Shown one piece after another: positions 20,813 through 33,564 of a stretch of DNA of 44,922 bases (positions within the stretch are counted from its first letter, which is position 1; the number at the start of each line of letters is the position of its first letter). The stretch is from Macrostomum lignano. Its lineage: Eukaryota. Position numbers and translations under genes: made by a program. Under the pieces are notes generated by a model. It searched no databases and was not told the origin of the DNA. It saw only the letters and a program-made list of their open reading frames with translations. The stretch lies in assembly GCA_002269645.1 (NCBI GenBank), contig NIVC01003298.1:1-44922 (forward strand), in the 5' to 3' direction.

Positions 20813-22394
20813 TCCATCTCAATGCTTGATGCAGCACTCATTAATCCGATGCTTTAAGGCTGGCAACATGCTGCAACATGTTGTGTGTGACAAGTTGTTG
20901 GGCGCTAATGAGGCTAATAAGAGCCTTATTGTCCCTCCCTTCTCTGCCTTCACTTCTCCCATCCCTTCCCCTCATTGTCCTCTCCCCGGTTCCGGTCGAG
21001 CTCACATTCACGTGACTCATGCACATAACTTCCCTTTCTAACCGCGATTCATCAAAACTTTGGCAAACCTCATCAATGAGTCGAGTCGGGCCTTTTTAGC
21101 ATGGCTGACTGACTGAGCCCAGCTAGAAGAAATCAGAGATTCGAACCATCGACTTCTGTGCCCCAGTCGTTGGCCTGAACTGTATTAGCTGTTGATCACC
21201 TGCAGCTAGTCGCTTTTTTCGTCTCCCATCTCCCCTCCTCCTGATTACGTAACCGCATGTTATCCGGACCGGTCGACTTGTTTTTCCTCCGAGCCTCGCG
21301 TGTTGTCTCCCCCCCCATCGCTATCGATCTCAAACGCCTGTCCCTCCCTTGGAGGGACTTCTTCCCAAAAAACATGAACGTGGAGATCCTCTTCCCCAGC
21401 ACCCATCCCTGTGGCCATCGCTTTCGTGAATCGACAGTTGTCTCTGTCACCACCTGTTCCTGTGCTGGGCGCCATTTAACTTTTAAATTTCAACTGAAAT
21501 GTCAGTCTTCCCCACTGTCCGAGAGTGTCCGGGAATTCTCTCGCTCATAAGCCTCTGCCACTTCATCGAGGTGGCCCCACTTCAGTCTGGAATATGGCTT
21601 ACACCTAGACTTGGGTCCTGCTGCTGTTCTCAATCCCACCCTTAATACTCTCTGCTCCCCTCTCCACTTGTCAGCGACAGTCTGCTGCTTCTTGCGTCCA
21701 AGAAAAAAATGCTGTTGCGTCATTTCCTCGGGCTCCTCTCTCCCTGCTCCTTTACCTCTCCTTCTTTTCTCTCCCCTAGAAGAGAGGTCGCAGAAATGGG
21801 GAGAAACTGCAACGGAGCAAGCGGCAGTCCAGCCAGGGAAGGAAGCCTTGAGAAGAGGCGACTTTGATCGATTGAAACAGGACAAGGGAGCTGCAGAGCT
21901 GAGAGAGTCGCTGAAATCCCAACTGCCGTTCCGTGTCGTCTCCCGTGAGAGAGCAGGGCAGTGCGATAAATTATGCAGCAATTTCGAGTCCGGCTTCAGT
22001 GGACCGATGAGAGCTTGTTTTTCTTCTTTCTAATTCATACATCTCCCACTTTGTGTTTCAATTTCTGCTTTTAGAATCATTTCAAGTCGTTTCTCTTTAA
22101 TTCAATTTGACGGAAGCTGCTTCTTAGTAGAGTGATTTTTTGTGCATAGTGTATTATATAATATGCAATTATATGTAATACAGCATGTACAATTTAGTTT
22201 ACAGCATTTTTATTAGAGACGGGGCTTTGTGCACCCTGGCATACTTAAAGCGACATTGTCACACAACAGGCGAGAGGCATTACTGCCCCTTCCGCCGACT
22301 CCCCTGAGCAGGTACAAGTGCGCGGATACGTAGACAGTCATACGCACAGGCACACACTCACACAGGAGTGTACAGCGGCCCTTTAGAGTATTGT

Positions 22395-23120
22395 TGGTGT
22401 AGTTTACAGCATTCTTGGTGTAGTTTACAGCATTCTTGATGTGGTTTACAGCATTCTCGGTGTAGTTTACAGCATTCTTGGTGTAGTTTACAGCATTCTC
22501 GGTGTAGTTTACAGCATTCTTGGTGTAGTTTACAGCATTCTTGGTGTAGTTTACAGCATTCTTGATGTAGTTTACAGCATTCTTGGTGTAGTTTACAGCA
22601 TTCTTGGTGTGGTTTACAGCATTCTCGGTGTAGTTTACAGCATTATTGGTGTAGTTTACAGCATTATTGGTGTAGTTTACAGCATTATTGGTGTAGTTTA
22701 CAGCATTATTGGTGTAGTTTACAGCATTATTGATGTAGTTTACAGTATTCTTGATGTAGTTTACAGCATTCTTAGTGTAGTTTACAATTTTCTTGGTGTA
22801 GTTTACAGCATTCTTGATGTAGTTTACAGCATTCTTGGTGTAGTTTACAGCATTCTCGGTGTAGTTTACAGCATTCTTGGTGTGGTTTACAGCATTCTCG
22901 GTGTAGTTTACAGCATTATTGGTGTAGTTTACAGCATTATTGGTGTAGTTTACAGCATTATTGGTGTAGTTTACAGCATTCTTGATGTAGTTTACAGCAT
23001 TCTTAGTGTAGTTTACAGCATTATTGATGTAGTTTACAGTATTCTTGATGTAGTTTACAGCATTCTTAGTGTAGTTTACAGTTTTCTTGGTGTAGTTTAC
23101 AGCATTCTTGATGTAGTTTA
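22395..23120. repeat. 21-bp minisatellite GTAGTTTACAGCATTCTTGGT, ~34 copies
   Basis: Directly visible; spurious NAVNYTK / VVYSILG ORFs. Confidence 0.95.
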
Positions 23121-23283
23121 CAACAAACATCATGCTTTGTACAGCATCCTGACACTATAACGTGACATGCCAACCAAAATGAGACTCGAGCATAGGACCT
23201 TCAAAAGAAGCTCCTCATCGCCCAAATTCCGCTAAGCCGAACCTGGGACCGGACGGCTTACCAGCATCCTGAGCATGCCGCGA

Positions 23284-23448
23284 TAATTAGACAATAATAG
23301 GATTAAAGTGAGCATGCGGGCGAGCTAATTATCCCCGGATTAAACTGAATGGGGGAGGAGAGGGGCGTGAGAAGTTCCGCGATTCGAGCTAATCCACTGA
23401 CGGCCTAATCCGCTCGATGCCGTTGCATAATCTCCAACAGGGTAATCC
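23284..23448. promoter_or_regulatory. Cluster of TAATCC/GGATTA (K50 homeodomain-type) sites, candidate enhancer
   Basis: GGATTA 23300 and 23337; TAATCC 23390, 23406, 23443; TAATCT 23428; TAATTA 23284 and 23326. Confidence 0.45.
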
Positions 23449-23989
23449 CGCCGAACATCAGATTAAAGAAATTCGAATCGAGCCGCACAAAGTTTTATCT
23501 CACCCTCAGACCTGCCCACTTGCTCAAGATCAATATGCGGCGATCGATTTGGTGCACGGCGAGGAGCAGAGTGTCCCATATTTTCCTAGAAAGAATGAAA
23601 TGAATTTCAGATCGCGCAGCTCCGACCTATTGACTCACAGCTTCACTTTCTCCATCGCACGCCCCGACCCGGAAATTGACGCGTGTCTTCTACGCCACAA
23701 CTTTCTCCATCTGCTGCTGCTGCTGCAGAATCTTCTTTTCTTTCTTCTTCTTCTCCTAGGCCACATGGACCGATGAGTCAGCCACTTGCTGGCAACCCCT
23801 GGCGGGTGGCTCCAGTCAACGGAAACAGGATTGCTGGTTTCTGCTGCTGCTAGATATTAACTGTCAGTCTGATTTGAGATCAAATTCAGGTTTGAAGGCT
23901 GACAAATTTTACAACTTTTAGAGAAAGCGCCTCTTCCCATCCTTCTCTAAAGTAGGTCTGACCCTTTTCTCAATTTAGAATTGGTTCAG

Positions 23990-24311
23990 GTCAGTGCAGG
24001 CCCCGCGCTTTACCTCTCCCGCATAGGTTTCCTCAGTGCAGGCCCCTCTCTTCACCTCTCCCGCATAGGTTTCCTCAGTGCAGGCCCCGCTCTTCACCTC
24101 TCCCGCATAGGTTTCCTCAGTGCAGGCCCCGCGCTTCACCTCTCCCGCATAGGTTTCCTCAGTGCAGGCCCCTCTCTTCACCTCTCCCGCATAGGTTTCC
24201 TCAGTGCAGGCCCCGCTCTTCACCTCTCCCGCATAGGTTTCCTCAGTGCAGGCCCCGCGCTTCACCTCTCCCGCATAGGTTTCCTCAGTGCAGGCCCCGC
24301 TCTTCACCTCT
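23990..24311. repeat. 42-bp minisatellite TCAGTGCAGGCCCCGCGCTTCACCTCTCCCGCATAGGTTTCC, ~7.5 copies
   Basis: Directly visible. Confidence 0.95.
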
Positions 24312-24989
24312 CAAGCTCAAGCTTCAAGCTCTAAGCACCTAAACACAGGAGACAATTGGCGGAGAGAGTTCTTCTTTAGCTCCCTGACCGCTTAACTTTT
24401 GTCTTTTCATGGTTGCACGGTTTGCTTTTTTATGTTGTTTATTGTTGCGTGTTTTTGTCTTTGTTGTAGTTGCTCATGGGTTTCTTCAGCTTAAATCAGT
24501 TTGCGAAAACCCATGGTCGCGAGTGAAGCACTTCCCTTGCGTAGCCATTTGCCATTTTTCGTGCCGCTCTCTCGTGGCGCGTATCATGGTTCCCTTGGCT
24601 GCAGATTTCTGCTTTTTGTAACAGTTTGTGTGGGTGGAGTCGCTAAATCTGTAGGAAAATTTCGTTCACGAGGCCGATCTTTCCCAGCCCAGGGCAGCCC
24701 GGGCCATTGGTACCGACGTCTTTCATCAACATTGCCAGAAAAGTGGAGAGTGAAAAAAAATAGCTGAATGTTAAAAACATCTTTCCGCGCCTCCAATTTT
24801 CCAAAGGAGTCTCTTGCTAAAGATCTGCTTTTTTCTCCTGTTTGGAGACGAAAGCAGCAGCAGCAGCAGTCTCTTTCCTTCTGCTGAAAAGGCAGTCTTT
24901 TATTCAGAAAAATCAACATAAACAAGTGCCAATTTGATTTTGCCACACAGAGCTTATAGAGCCAATGTACACACTGCCATTTGCAGGGT

Positions 24990-25725
24990 GCAGGTGCTGC
25001 ACACTGAGTGTGCAGGGGCAGTGTGCAGACAGTGTGCAGGCAGTGTGCAGGCAGTGTGCAGGCAGTGTGCAGTCAGTGTGCAGGCAGTGTACAGGCAGTG
25101 TACAGGCAGTGTGCAGGCAGTGTGCAGGCAGTGTGCAGGGGCAGTGTGCAGGGGGTGTGCAGGGGGTGTGCAGGGGCAGTGTGCAGGCAGTGTGCAGGCA
25201 GTGTGCAGGCAGTGTGCAGGCAGTGTGCAGGCAGTGTGCAGGCAGTGTGCAGGCAGTGTGCAGGCAGTGTGCAGGGGCAGTGTGCAGGCAGTGTGCAGGC
25301 AGTGTGCAGGCAGTGTGCAGGCAGTGTGAAGGCAGTGTGCAGGCAGTGTGCAGGGGCAGTGTGCAGGCAGTGTGCAGGCAGTGTGCAGGCAGTGTGCAGG
25401 CAGTGTGCAGGCAGTGTGCAGTGGCAGTGTGCAGACAGTGTGCAGGAGTGTGCAGGGGCAGTGTGCAGGCAGTGTGCAGGCAGTTTGCAGGCAGTGTGCA
25501 GGGGCAGTGTGCAGGCAGTGTGCAGGCAGTGTGCAGGCAGTTTGCAGACAGTGTGCAGGCAGTGTGCAGGAGTGTGCAGTGGCAGTGTGCAGGCAGTGTG
25601 CAGGCAGTGTGCAGGCAGTTTGCAGACAGTGTGCAGGCAGTGTGCAGACAGTGTGCAGGCAGTGTGCAGGAGTGTGCAGGAGTGTGCAGTGGCAGTGTGC
25701 AGGCAGTGTGCAGCAGTGTGCAGGA
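24990..25725. repeat. 11-bp minisatellite GCAGTGTGCAG
   Basis: Directly visible. Confidence 0.94.
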
Positions 25726-26254
25726 CACAGAGCAGATCGCTAGTGTGAATCTCTGCAGTTTAGGGTTCAAGCTATCCATGAATGAATGCAAGACCAGCAA
25801 GTGCTGTTGCCATACTCATAAGACAATCCAGTATTCAATAAAGTACCCAAGAGTGTAATTAGAATCGCACTCACTCACTAATATGGAATCCTCGGTATAG
25901 GGGGGGGGGGGCACAGAAACCCGATCTGCACAGGCAGCCATGCCAGCAGTCAAAGATACCTCCTCCCAAAAAAGAGTCCGTGGGAACGGAAAGTCGACAC
26001 TCCAAGAGATTCCAAGATAGCAAGCGAATGCAAACAGATGTGAGCTGCCCTAATTATATGTATCCAATTGGAATGCCATTGGCTCTCACTCCTGTGCGAA
26101 TTGTAGTGCTAAAATGTACCGAATATCTGCAACAAATCAATTGTGTTGACTCACTTATGCTTCATTGTTTTGTGTGCAATCCTGCATGGGTCACGTGGTT
26201 GATGTACTTATTTTTTACGAAGTATTGCAACATGTTACTTCACTGTGAAGAAAG

Positions 26255-27480
26255 AAGAGAGAAGAGCGGATGAAGACGTGAGAGATGGAGTGGAGAATGA
26301 GGAGGGTAAAAACGGAAAAGCAGATAAATGAAAGGAGAGCGGAGAGATGAAGGGAGAGTGGACAGATGAAGGTAGAGTAAAGAGATGAAGGGAGTGCGAA
26401 GAGATGAAGGGAGAGTGGAGCGATGAAGGGAGAGCGGAGAGATGAAAGGAGAGCGGAGTGATGAAGGAAGAACGGAGTGATGAAGGGAGAGTGGACAGAA
26501 GAAGGAAGAGCGGAGAGATGAAGGGAGAGCGGAGAGATGAAGGGAGAGCGGAGTGATGAAGGGAGAGCAGAGAGATTAAGGGAGAGCGGAGTGATGAAGG
26601 GAGAGTGGAGAGATGAAGGGAGAGTGGAGAGATGAAGGGAGAGCAGAGCGATAAAGGGAGAGCGGAGTGATGAAGGGAGGGAGGGGAGATAAAGGGAGAG
26701 CCGAGAGAGATGAAGGGAGAGTGGACAGATGAAGGGAGAGCGGAGAGATAAAGGGAGAGCGGAGAGATAAAGGGAGAGTGGAGAGATGAAGGAAGAACGG
26801 AGTGATGAAGGGAGAGTGGAGAGATGAAGGGAGAGCAGAGAGATCAAGGGAGAGCGGAAAGATGAAAGGAGAGTGGAGAGATGAAGGGAGAGCGGAGAGA
26901 TGAAAGGAGAGCGGAGAGATGAAAGGAGAGCGGAGAGATGAAGGGAGAGCGGAGAGATGAAGCGAGAGCGGAGAGATGAATCGAGAGCGGAGAGATGAAG
27001 CGAGAGCGGAGAGATGAATGAAAGGAGAGCGGAGAGATGAAGGGAGAGCGGAGAGATGAATGAAAGGAGAGCGGAGAGATGAAGGGAGAGCGGAGAGATG
27101 AAGGGAGAGCGGAGAGATGAAGTGAGAGCGGAGAGATGAAGCGAGAGCGGAGAGATGAAGCGAGAGCGGAGAGATGAAGCGAGAGCGGAGAGATGAAGGG
27201 AGAGCGGAGAGATGAAGGGAGAGCGGAGAGATGAAGGGAGAGCGGAGAGATGAAAGGAGAGCGGAGAGATGAAAGGAGAGCGGAGAGATGAAGCGAGAGC
27301 GGAGAGATGAAGGGAGAGCGGAGAGATGAAGGGAGAGCGGAGAGATGAAGGGAGAGCGGAGAGATGAAAGGAGAGCGGAGAGATGAAAGGAGAGCGGAGA
27401 GATGAAAGGAGAGCGGAGAGATGAAGGGAGAGCGGAGAGATGAAGCGAGAGCGGAGAGATGAAGGGAGAGTGGAGAGAAT
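26255..27480. repeat. Purine-rich 19-bp minisatellite GAGAGCGGAGAGATGAAGG
   Basis: Directly visible. Confidence 0.94.
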
Positions 27481-28164
27481 GCAATTTAACTGTTGCCCTA
27501 AATGCAAAGTGCTGGTGCAAAAGAAGCAATTAAAAAACCCAGTAAAGAATTTATGAAGTGAATTTTTATAAAACAAAATTTATTAGAGCACAAACGGAAT
27601 AAAGTGTGAAAATTACTTTTTTGACAAAAGCGAAATATTTGTTGTTAAAAAGCAGATGAAGCAGAAGTAAGACTTAAAAAACTTTAATAATTTTAAACAC
27701 TAAATAAACACAAACATGAGGAGGTTACGCAAACACAATAGAAACATGTTTATCTGGCTATAATTATCGAATCACCTGAGCAGACTCACCCGAGGCATGC
27801 AGTACAGCCGAATACTCATATTTAAGCACCACTAGTTGATTACTTCCTAATAATTACCTATACTAATTAATGGATTATGAGTTCTAGAGGATTAAGTAAA
27901 TAGGTTTGGGGAAAATGTTGAGTTGATAGATACAATTAATTCTGTAAAAACAAGCGCTTTTAAAAACTTAGATACAATACTTAATGTTAAAAACTGTTGT
28001 GAGCAAATCGCCTTCCGAGGTAACCAGATAGCGTAACCCAAGTAAATAAACCACGTGGCCAGGTAGCCAGGCTCCAAAGATGAAAAGTAGACAACTAGCT
28101 TTACTAGTAACGGTAGAGGTAGGTGCAGACTTTTACTTCGGGTTATATAGAAGAATGAGATAAT

Positions 28165-28870
28165 TAGACAATGGGGGGAGTGAAGGGAGAGACGAGGAGA
28201 GAGGGGATCATGTAGGGGGAGATGGGGGGAGAGATATCAAGAGAGAGGGGATCATTTAGGGGGAGATGAAGGGAGAGATATGAGAAGAGAGGGGTCAGGT
28301 AGGGTGGGGAGATGAAAGGAGTGATATGCGGAGAGATATAGGGGGTGAGATAAATCGAGATGAGGAGAGAGGTATCATGTAGACGAGAGATGAAGGGAGA
28401 GATATGAGGAGAGATCTTTAGTTCAGAGGTTGAGGTGAAGGGAAAGAGATACTTGGAGAGTCAGGGAGGGATCTAGGGTGAGATGAAGGGAAAGAGAAGA
28501 GGAGAGTCAGGGAGGGATCTAGGGTGAGATGAAGGGAAAGAGATGAGGAGAGAGCCAGGGAGGGATCTAGGGTGAGATGAAGGGAAAGAGAAGAGGAGAG
28601 TCAGGGAGGGATCTAGGGTGAGATGAAGGGAAAGAGATGGGGAGAGAGCCAGGGAGGGATCTAGGGTGAGATGAAGGGAAAGAGATGAGGAGAGAGCCAG
28701 GGAGGGATCTAGGGTGAGATGAAGGGAAAGAGATGGGGAGAGTCAGGGAGGGATCTAGGGTGAGATGAAGGGAAAGAGATGGGGAGAGTCAGGGAGGGAT
28801 CTAGGGTGAGATGAAGGGAAAGAGATGGGGAGAGAGCCAGGGAGGGATCTAGGGTAAGGGAGAGAGATGA
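28165..28870. repeat. Purine-rich ~47-48-bp repeat GAGGGATCTAGGGTGAGATGAAGGGAAAGAGATG...
   Basis: Degenerate left half, regular from ~28460. Confidence 0.88.
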
Positions 28871-29142
28871 GAAATTGAGAAGAGTAAGTGTACGAGCATG
28901 AGGGGCCGCGCCGCTGCAGTCGTGAAGCGATGATTTACTAAAACACATTGACTAATCAACGCGCAGTGTCGCCAATTCAAAGGAATCAGGAATTAAGTAA
29001 AAAACTGAAGCAGACAAGCAAAAACAATAAAAAAGAGAAGTGCGGCTCAGTTTTTGTTGAGATTTCAAGACAGTTCCACCCAAAAATTGGGTAGCTAACC
29101 CGGATATTTGCTCAATGAAGAGGTTTACTATTATAAAGTACA

Positions 29143-30084
29143 CTAAGACACCAAGATTGCGGCGGTACATACGAAGGTCAGCCCGAAGATGGCCGCCATC
29201 CCAGCCGGGACTCGGCCAGCGCTGCCCTTGCCGTTGTGGCCGTCAGCATCGGCACCAAGAAGCTGCTGCTGCTCTTCGCCGAATTTCTTAGGCGCCGAGG
29301 CAGAGGGCTGGTCGCTGGCCAGCATGCCAGAATCTTGCTGGTGTTGCTCCTGCTGCTGCTGCTGCTGCTGAACCTTGGTCGAGTTTGTTGGCGGCTCCCC
29401 AGATGGCTTCTGCGACGGCGGCGGCTGGAGCGGCTCCTTGTCCGCCTGCTCAGCCTGAGCACTATCCGACTCGGAAGCGGAACTAATGTACGGCTTCTTC
29501 TCCTTCATCTTCAGGCTCGTCACGATTAATTTGAATGTAAAGCATTGGCTCGCTGTGCTGTCTGATGCTGCACGACAGGTACCGCTGTAAATCGATGTGA
29601 GGTCTGTTGCATTGCAGCCGTTGCCGTTGAATAGCTTGTAGAAATCTTCGGCAGAGAACAGACCACCGTCAAGTAGATCCCAACCGGCTGGGCGGCTCCG
29701 GCGGCGGCTTAGCGCGAACACAAATCTGCTGTTGGGATTATTGGTAGTCACTGTGCCGAGAGCTTCCGCATCAACGCATCGAGTGCCGCTGTGCAGCAGG
29801 CGAACAAGCAGCTGATCCTGGCGGGGATCGCCCTTCAGCGAGCAGTTCAGTTGAACACTGATCTCTTCTCTGCTGTTAGAGTCCACGTTGATTGTCATCG
29901 ATTTGGATTCTACGACCAAGTCGGCCTCGGCCAGAGCTCTGAATGCGCCGATATGCGAGTTGGTGTATTGATTTTTATATCTTAAGCAGTCCATCTCAGT
30001 TGGCATTGAGCCCGCTTCTGTCAGCAGCGACATTAGGATTACGATGAGCAAGCACGGTGGAAAAAGGCTTAGTCCCATTGCCAT
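29143..30084 (-). CDS. Uncharacterised secreted, probably GPI-anchored protein, 313 aa, single coding exon; possible NtA/TIMP-like domain
   Basis: Uninterrupted non-repetitive ORF, AAAATGG start, hydrophobic signal peptide ending TEAG, six Cys in the following ~150 aa, NCS/NAT/NST sequons, Q/S/P-rich stalk, small-residue GKGSAG spacer and hydrophobic C-terminus MAAIFGLTFVCTAAILVS. Confidence 0.8.
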   Translation of the reverse strand: MAMGLSLFPPCLLIVILMSLLTEAGSMPTEMDCLRYKNQYTNSHIGAFRALAEADLVVESKSMTINVDSNSREEISVQLNCSLKGDPRQDQLLVRLLHSGTRCVDAEALGTVTTNNPNSRFVFALSRRRSRPAGWDLLDGGLFSAEDFYKLFNGNGCNATDLTSIYSGTCRAASDSTASQCFTFKLIVTSLKMKEKKPYISSASESDSAQAEQADKEPLQPPPSQKPSGEPPTNSTKVQQQQQQQEQHQQDSGMLASDQPSASAPKKFGEEQQQLLGADADGHNGKGSAGRVPAGMAAIFGLTFVCTAAILVS

Positions 30085-31089
30085 TTTGATAAACTAATTT
30101 AGATAAGTTAGCAGTCCGGTCAAACTGGTTTATAATCAAGGAATTACTAAAACTAATTTAGATAAGTATAAGTCCGATTAAGTTGGTTTTATAATCAAGG
30201 AATGAATGCTAAAGGCCTACGCGGAGGGTTCGGCCTGGGTTTAATAGCATTTTAAACAGGTCACCCACCACCCCAACCTCAATCCTAAAAGCTTTTCAAT
30301 CTAAAGCCTCACCAGCCAATTGCAGGCGAGGAGACGCCAGGCCCCATCACCCACCCCCCTCCGCCATGGCCCTTCTCCTCGCTTTACCAAGCCCAGGTCA
30401 AGTAAGCTTTACTTAACTAACCGTATTCATTATTCAATGAAAAACACTAAATTTAACAAAAATTGGGCCAATAAGTACAAAGCAAGATCTTTTAAAGCGT
30501 TTGTTACTGAAATTATACCTTGAACTGGACTTAAAACTTAGATGACTTTAGGACTAAGTCAGTCAACTTAAGAGTTTCCTGTTTTTGTCACATGATCAAC
30601 AAAAGCCCGCGCGACAGTGCGTATCACATTTCGAACTTTGCCCCGGATCTGGATCAGCAAGTTGTTGCATTTTTCTGTACTGTCTTCTGTTAACTCGTAT
30701 ATTCTTTTCTGGTCTCGTTTGTCATGGAAATTGACTGTTGCGTTTTGGTTTTGTCCTTGCTGCGTCTGCCGCAGCTACTGTCAGCGTCAGGAATGAAGAA
30801 AATTTGGTTCTGACCTTCCGCAGTGCTGGTGCAGCAATCTGTCTTATCGAGAATGTTTTCCGCTGGTTTCCTATAAAACTTGAAGGAACTCATTTCAGGA
30901 CTCAACGCGCATTTGACAAGTGATAAACAACGTGGAAAGGGTTTAATTCTTCATCCAATAATAAATATGCAGACAGAACTTGAGCCTGGTGTTAATGGAA
31001 AGCAGATTTTTATTTCATGGCTGCGTGCCGGTCCTCTCCTAATCAAATTAATCCCAGATCGCTGACCCATGTCCCACGTCCCTGACTCC

Positions 31090-31280
31090 CTTCTTCCGAA
31101 CCCTGACCCCCTTTCTCCAAATCCTGACCCCCTTTTTCCAAACCCTGACCTCCTTTCTGCAAACCCTGACCCCCTTTCTCCAAACCCTGACCCCCTTTCT
31201 CCAAATCTTGACCCCCTTTCTTCAAATCCTGGCCCCCTTTCTCCAAACCTTGACCCCCTTTCTCCAAACCCTGACCCCAA
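31090..31280. repeat. 21-bp repeat CCCTTTCTCCAAACCCTGACC
   Basis: Directly visible. Confidence 0.88.
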
Positions 31281-31327
31281 CCCCTTTAACCCAATTCTGA
31301 CTCTGAGCCTGACCCTGACCCCTGGGG

Positions 31328-31406
31328 GCTCGCCAGGGGCTAGCGGAATGGGTGGTCTCTCCGCCTCCACGCTGCATCGACCCCCCCCCATGCAGCCAAG
31401 TCAAGT
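31328..31406 (+). mobile_element. Very short 3' end of the same non-LTR family (copy 2 of 3)
   Basis: GCTCGCCAGGGGCTAGCGGAATGGG...CGCCTCC..GCTGCA...TGCAGCCAAGTCAAGT matches 2150-2233 and 38232-38313. Confidence 0.7.
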
Positions 31407-33564
31407 ACGTCGAGACCAGAGACCCCCGACCCCTGGGCCCTGATTCCTTTCTCCGTCTCCCAGCCCTGGCCTCTAGACTCCCTGATCGCTGACAGGTGAT
31501 CCATTCAGATTGGTCTGGTGACCTGTTTCAGTGTTGCATCGTCGGCGACTCCAGCTGGGGGCCACATCATCCGGCCGAGTCGTACCGCACAAAGCCGGTG
31601 CAAGAGCTTCTTTTTGCTGACTCTGCCCGGCAACCCAGAGACGCGGCCTTTGACGTAGATCTCTTTAAGACAGCGTATGTTGTTGTTGTTGTTGTTTTTG
31701 TTGTTGCTGTTGTTGTTAACCCCCCCTCAGAGACTCCGTCCCAAAACACCTGACCATTTTGATCCCAAGTACCAGCGAAATTATCCCAAAAAGTGAGTCA
31801 AGACTCAGAACGGCAACATCGCCCTCCCCCCCTTCAAGACAGCGGAGTCAAGCTGCTCAGTCAGTCAGCAAATGCTATTCTCAAATCCCGAATGACGGGA
31901 CGGGATCAATGAGTCGATATGGGTGCAGATTTTAGGGAAGGAGAGTATCCAGGACTGTCAGTTCGGCCTCATCAACTCTCTCCTCTTCCATCAGTTTCTG
32001 ATTCCAGTCTCTCATCCTCATCTCAAAAACGGTCCTAATTCCCGCATCTGCATATCTGTGGCGAGTCCGTCCCAGCATCCAATATGTGATAGATATTACG
32101 CAATCGCTTGCGCACACACCCAGCGCTAATCAGGTTAATCCCCGGACGGGATTGGGAGCGCTATTATCAATATTTTTATTCCTTACCAAACGCTTTGCAG
32201 AATTTCGCTTTCCCTTATCCCAGATTCTCCTTATAAATTCGCTATACTAGCCCACATAGCGTCTCAACCTTCATTAGCTGAGTTAGTGAACTGTCTTAAA
32301 AAAGTATCACATTCTTTGAAATCTTAAACATAGCGATTCTTTTCATAACAGAGGAGGCTGGCAAGATGAAGAATATTATTTAGTTTTGGGGCAGAAGAGT
32401 AGATCCATGCAGTAGCATTGATAGGGGGAAGAGGGGAGAGGTTGAGAGGGAGATAGAGGTTAGAAAGGGAGAGAGGTAGAGGGAGAGAAAGAGGGAGAGA
32501 GAGGCAGAGTGAGAGGGGGAGAGAGATAGAGAAAAGGTATAGAGCAGGGCTCCTTTGAAACTTCACAATAGCAATCCAGCCCGCTTAAGGTTTGTCTCTT
32601 CTCTTCTCTCTTCTCTTCTCTCTCCTCTCCTCTCCCTTCTCCTCTCCTATCTCCTCTCTCCCCTTCTCTGGCCCACAGTCAAGCGCTACAGGTTCTCCAT
32701 CTGGGGAGAGAGAGAGAGATGGAGGGGTAGTGAGAGAAGAGAGGTCACAGCGTATTAAGTTCTAAAAAATGGCTACTGTTTTCTATAGCCTATGGGCTCT
32801 TCGTCGGGCAAAAGCTATCGTATAATGGAATGCATATTCGTATATTGAGAGGGGAAGAGAGTAGTGAGAGGAGCAGAACAAAGGTGTATTTGATCGCAGT
32901 TGCTACATATACTCGCATATCGGTAGGGTGGGTGTCGGGTTTCTCGCTGAATTGGAGAGGCATCCCCGCTTGTAGAATTTCCTGCAGCTAGCCAGCCATA
33001 CTCAACATTTCCTTTCTCCGGGGGGGAATATTTTTAGGAGGAGCTCTCACTCACTCAAGTTCGCCATTCATTCATTCATTGAGAGCCCATTGTCTGACTC
33101 CTAAGTCTGACAAATAAGTCCCACCCAAAAAATGTCCCGGACTTCACCTCCTGCTCGTCTCTTCCCCTTTTCAGCCTGCTCCACTACTTCCCATAATAGC
33201 TCGCCTGGTTGCTCAATAGGGAAGAGAAAGTTCCAGAAAGTTTTGCCAGCCACATGGATACTTAATCTGTCTCTATATGCAGCTGAGAGACAAAGCATTT
33301 AAAACTGGAATGGAAACGGGACAGCTGGCTGGTTTATAGTTTCGCGTGCGATTTCGTATTGCGTCATTGCAGCAATGCTTAGACAGGAGCCTAGACGATC
33401 ATATGTCACGTGATTGACTGTGGGCTATAACCTTTATATTAAATGATGCTGGCCTATATATTCAGAATGTCTGCTCATTAGGCTTGCTAGCTTCTACCAA
33501 GAGGTGGTGACCTTCTCAAGATACTGACTCGTTTTTGCGTTCCGGTCCCGAAGGATTGGGGCAT

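Noticed and set aside
21196-22033. Several 70-160-aa ORFs on both strands and a pyrimidine-rich AG at 21779
   Set aside because: No recognisable domain, no consistent exon chain; could be a decayed element but I cannot support a call.
22213-22388. 164-bp island flanked by TTAGAG direct repeats at the left edge of the 21-bp array, as a possible MITE
   Set aside because: Terminal inverted match is only about 11/16 and removing the island does not restore the 21-bp register.
23417-24946. ORFs of 70-120 aa between the arrays
   Set aside because: No homology cues, low-complexity content and no convincing splice pattern.
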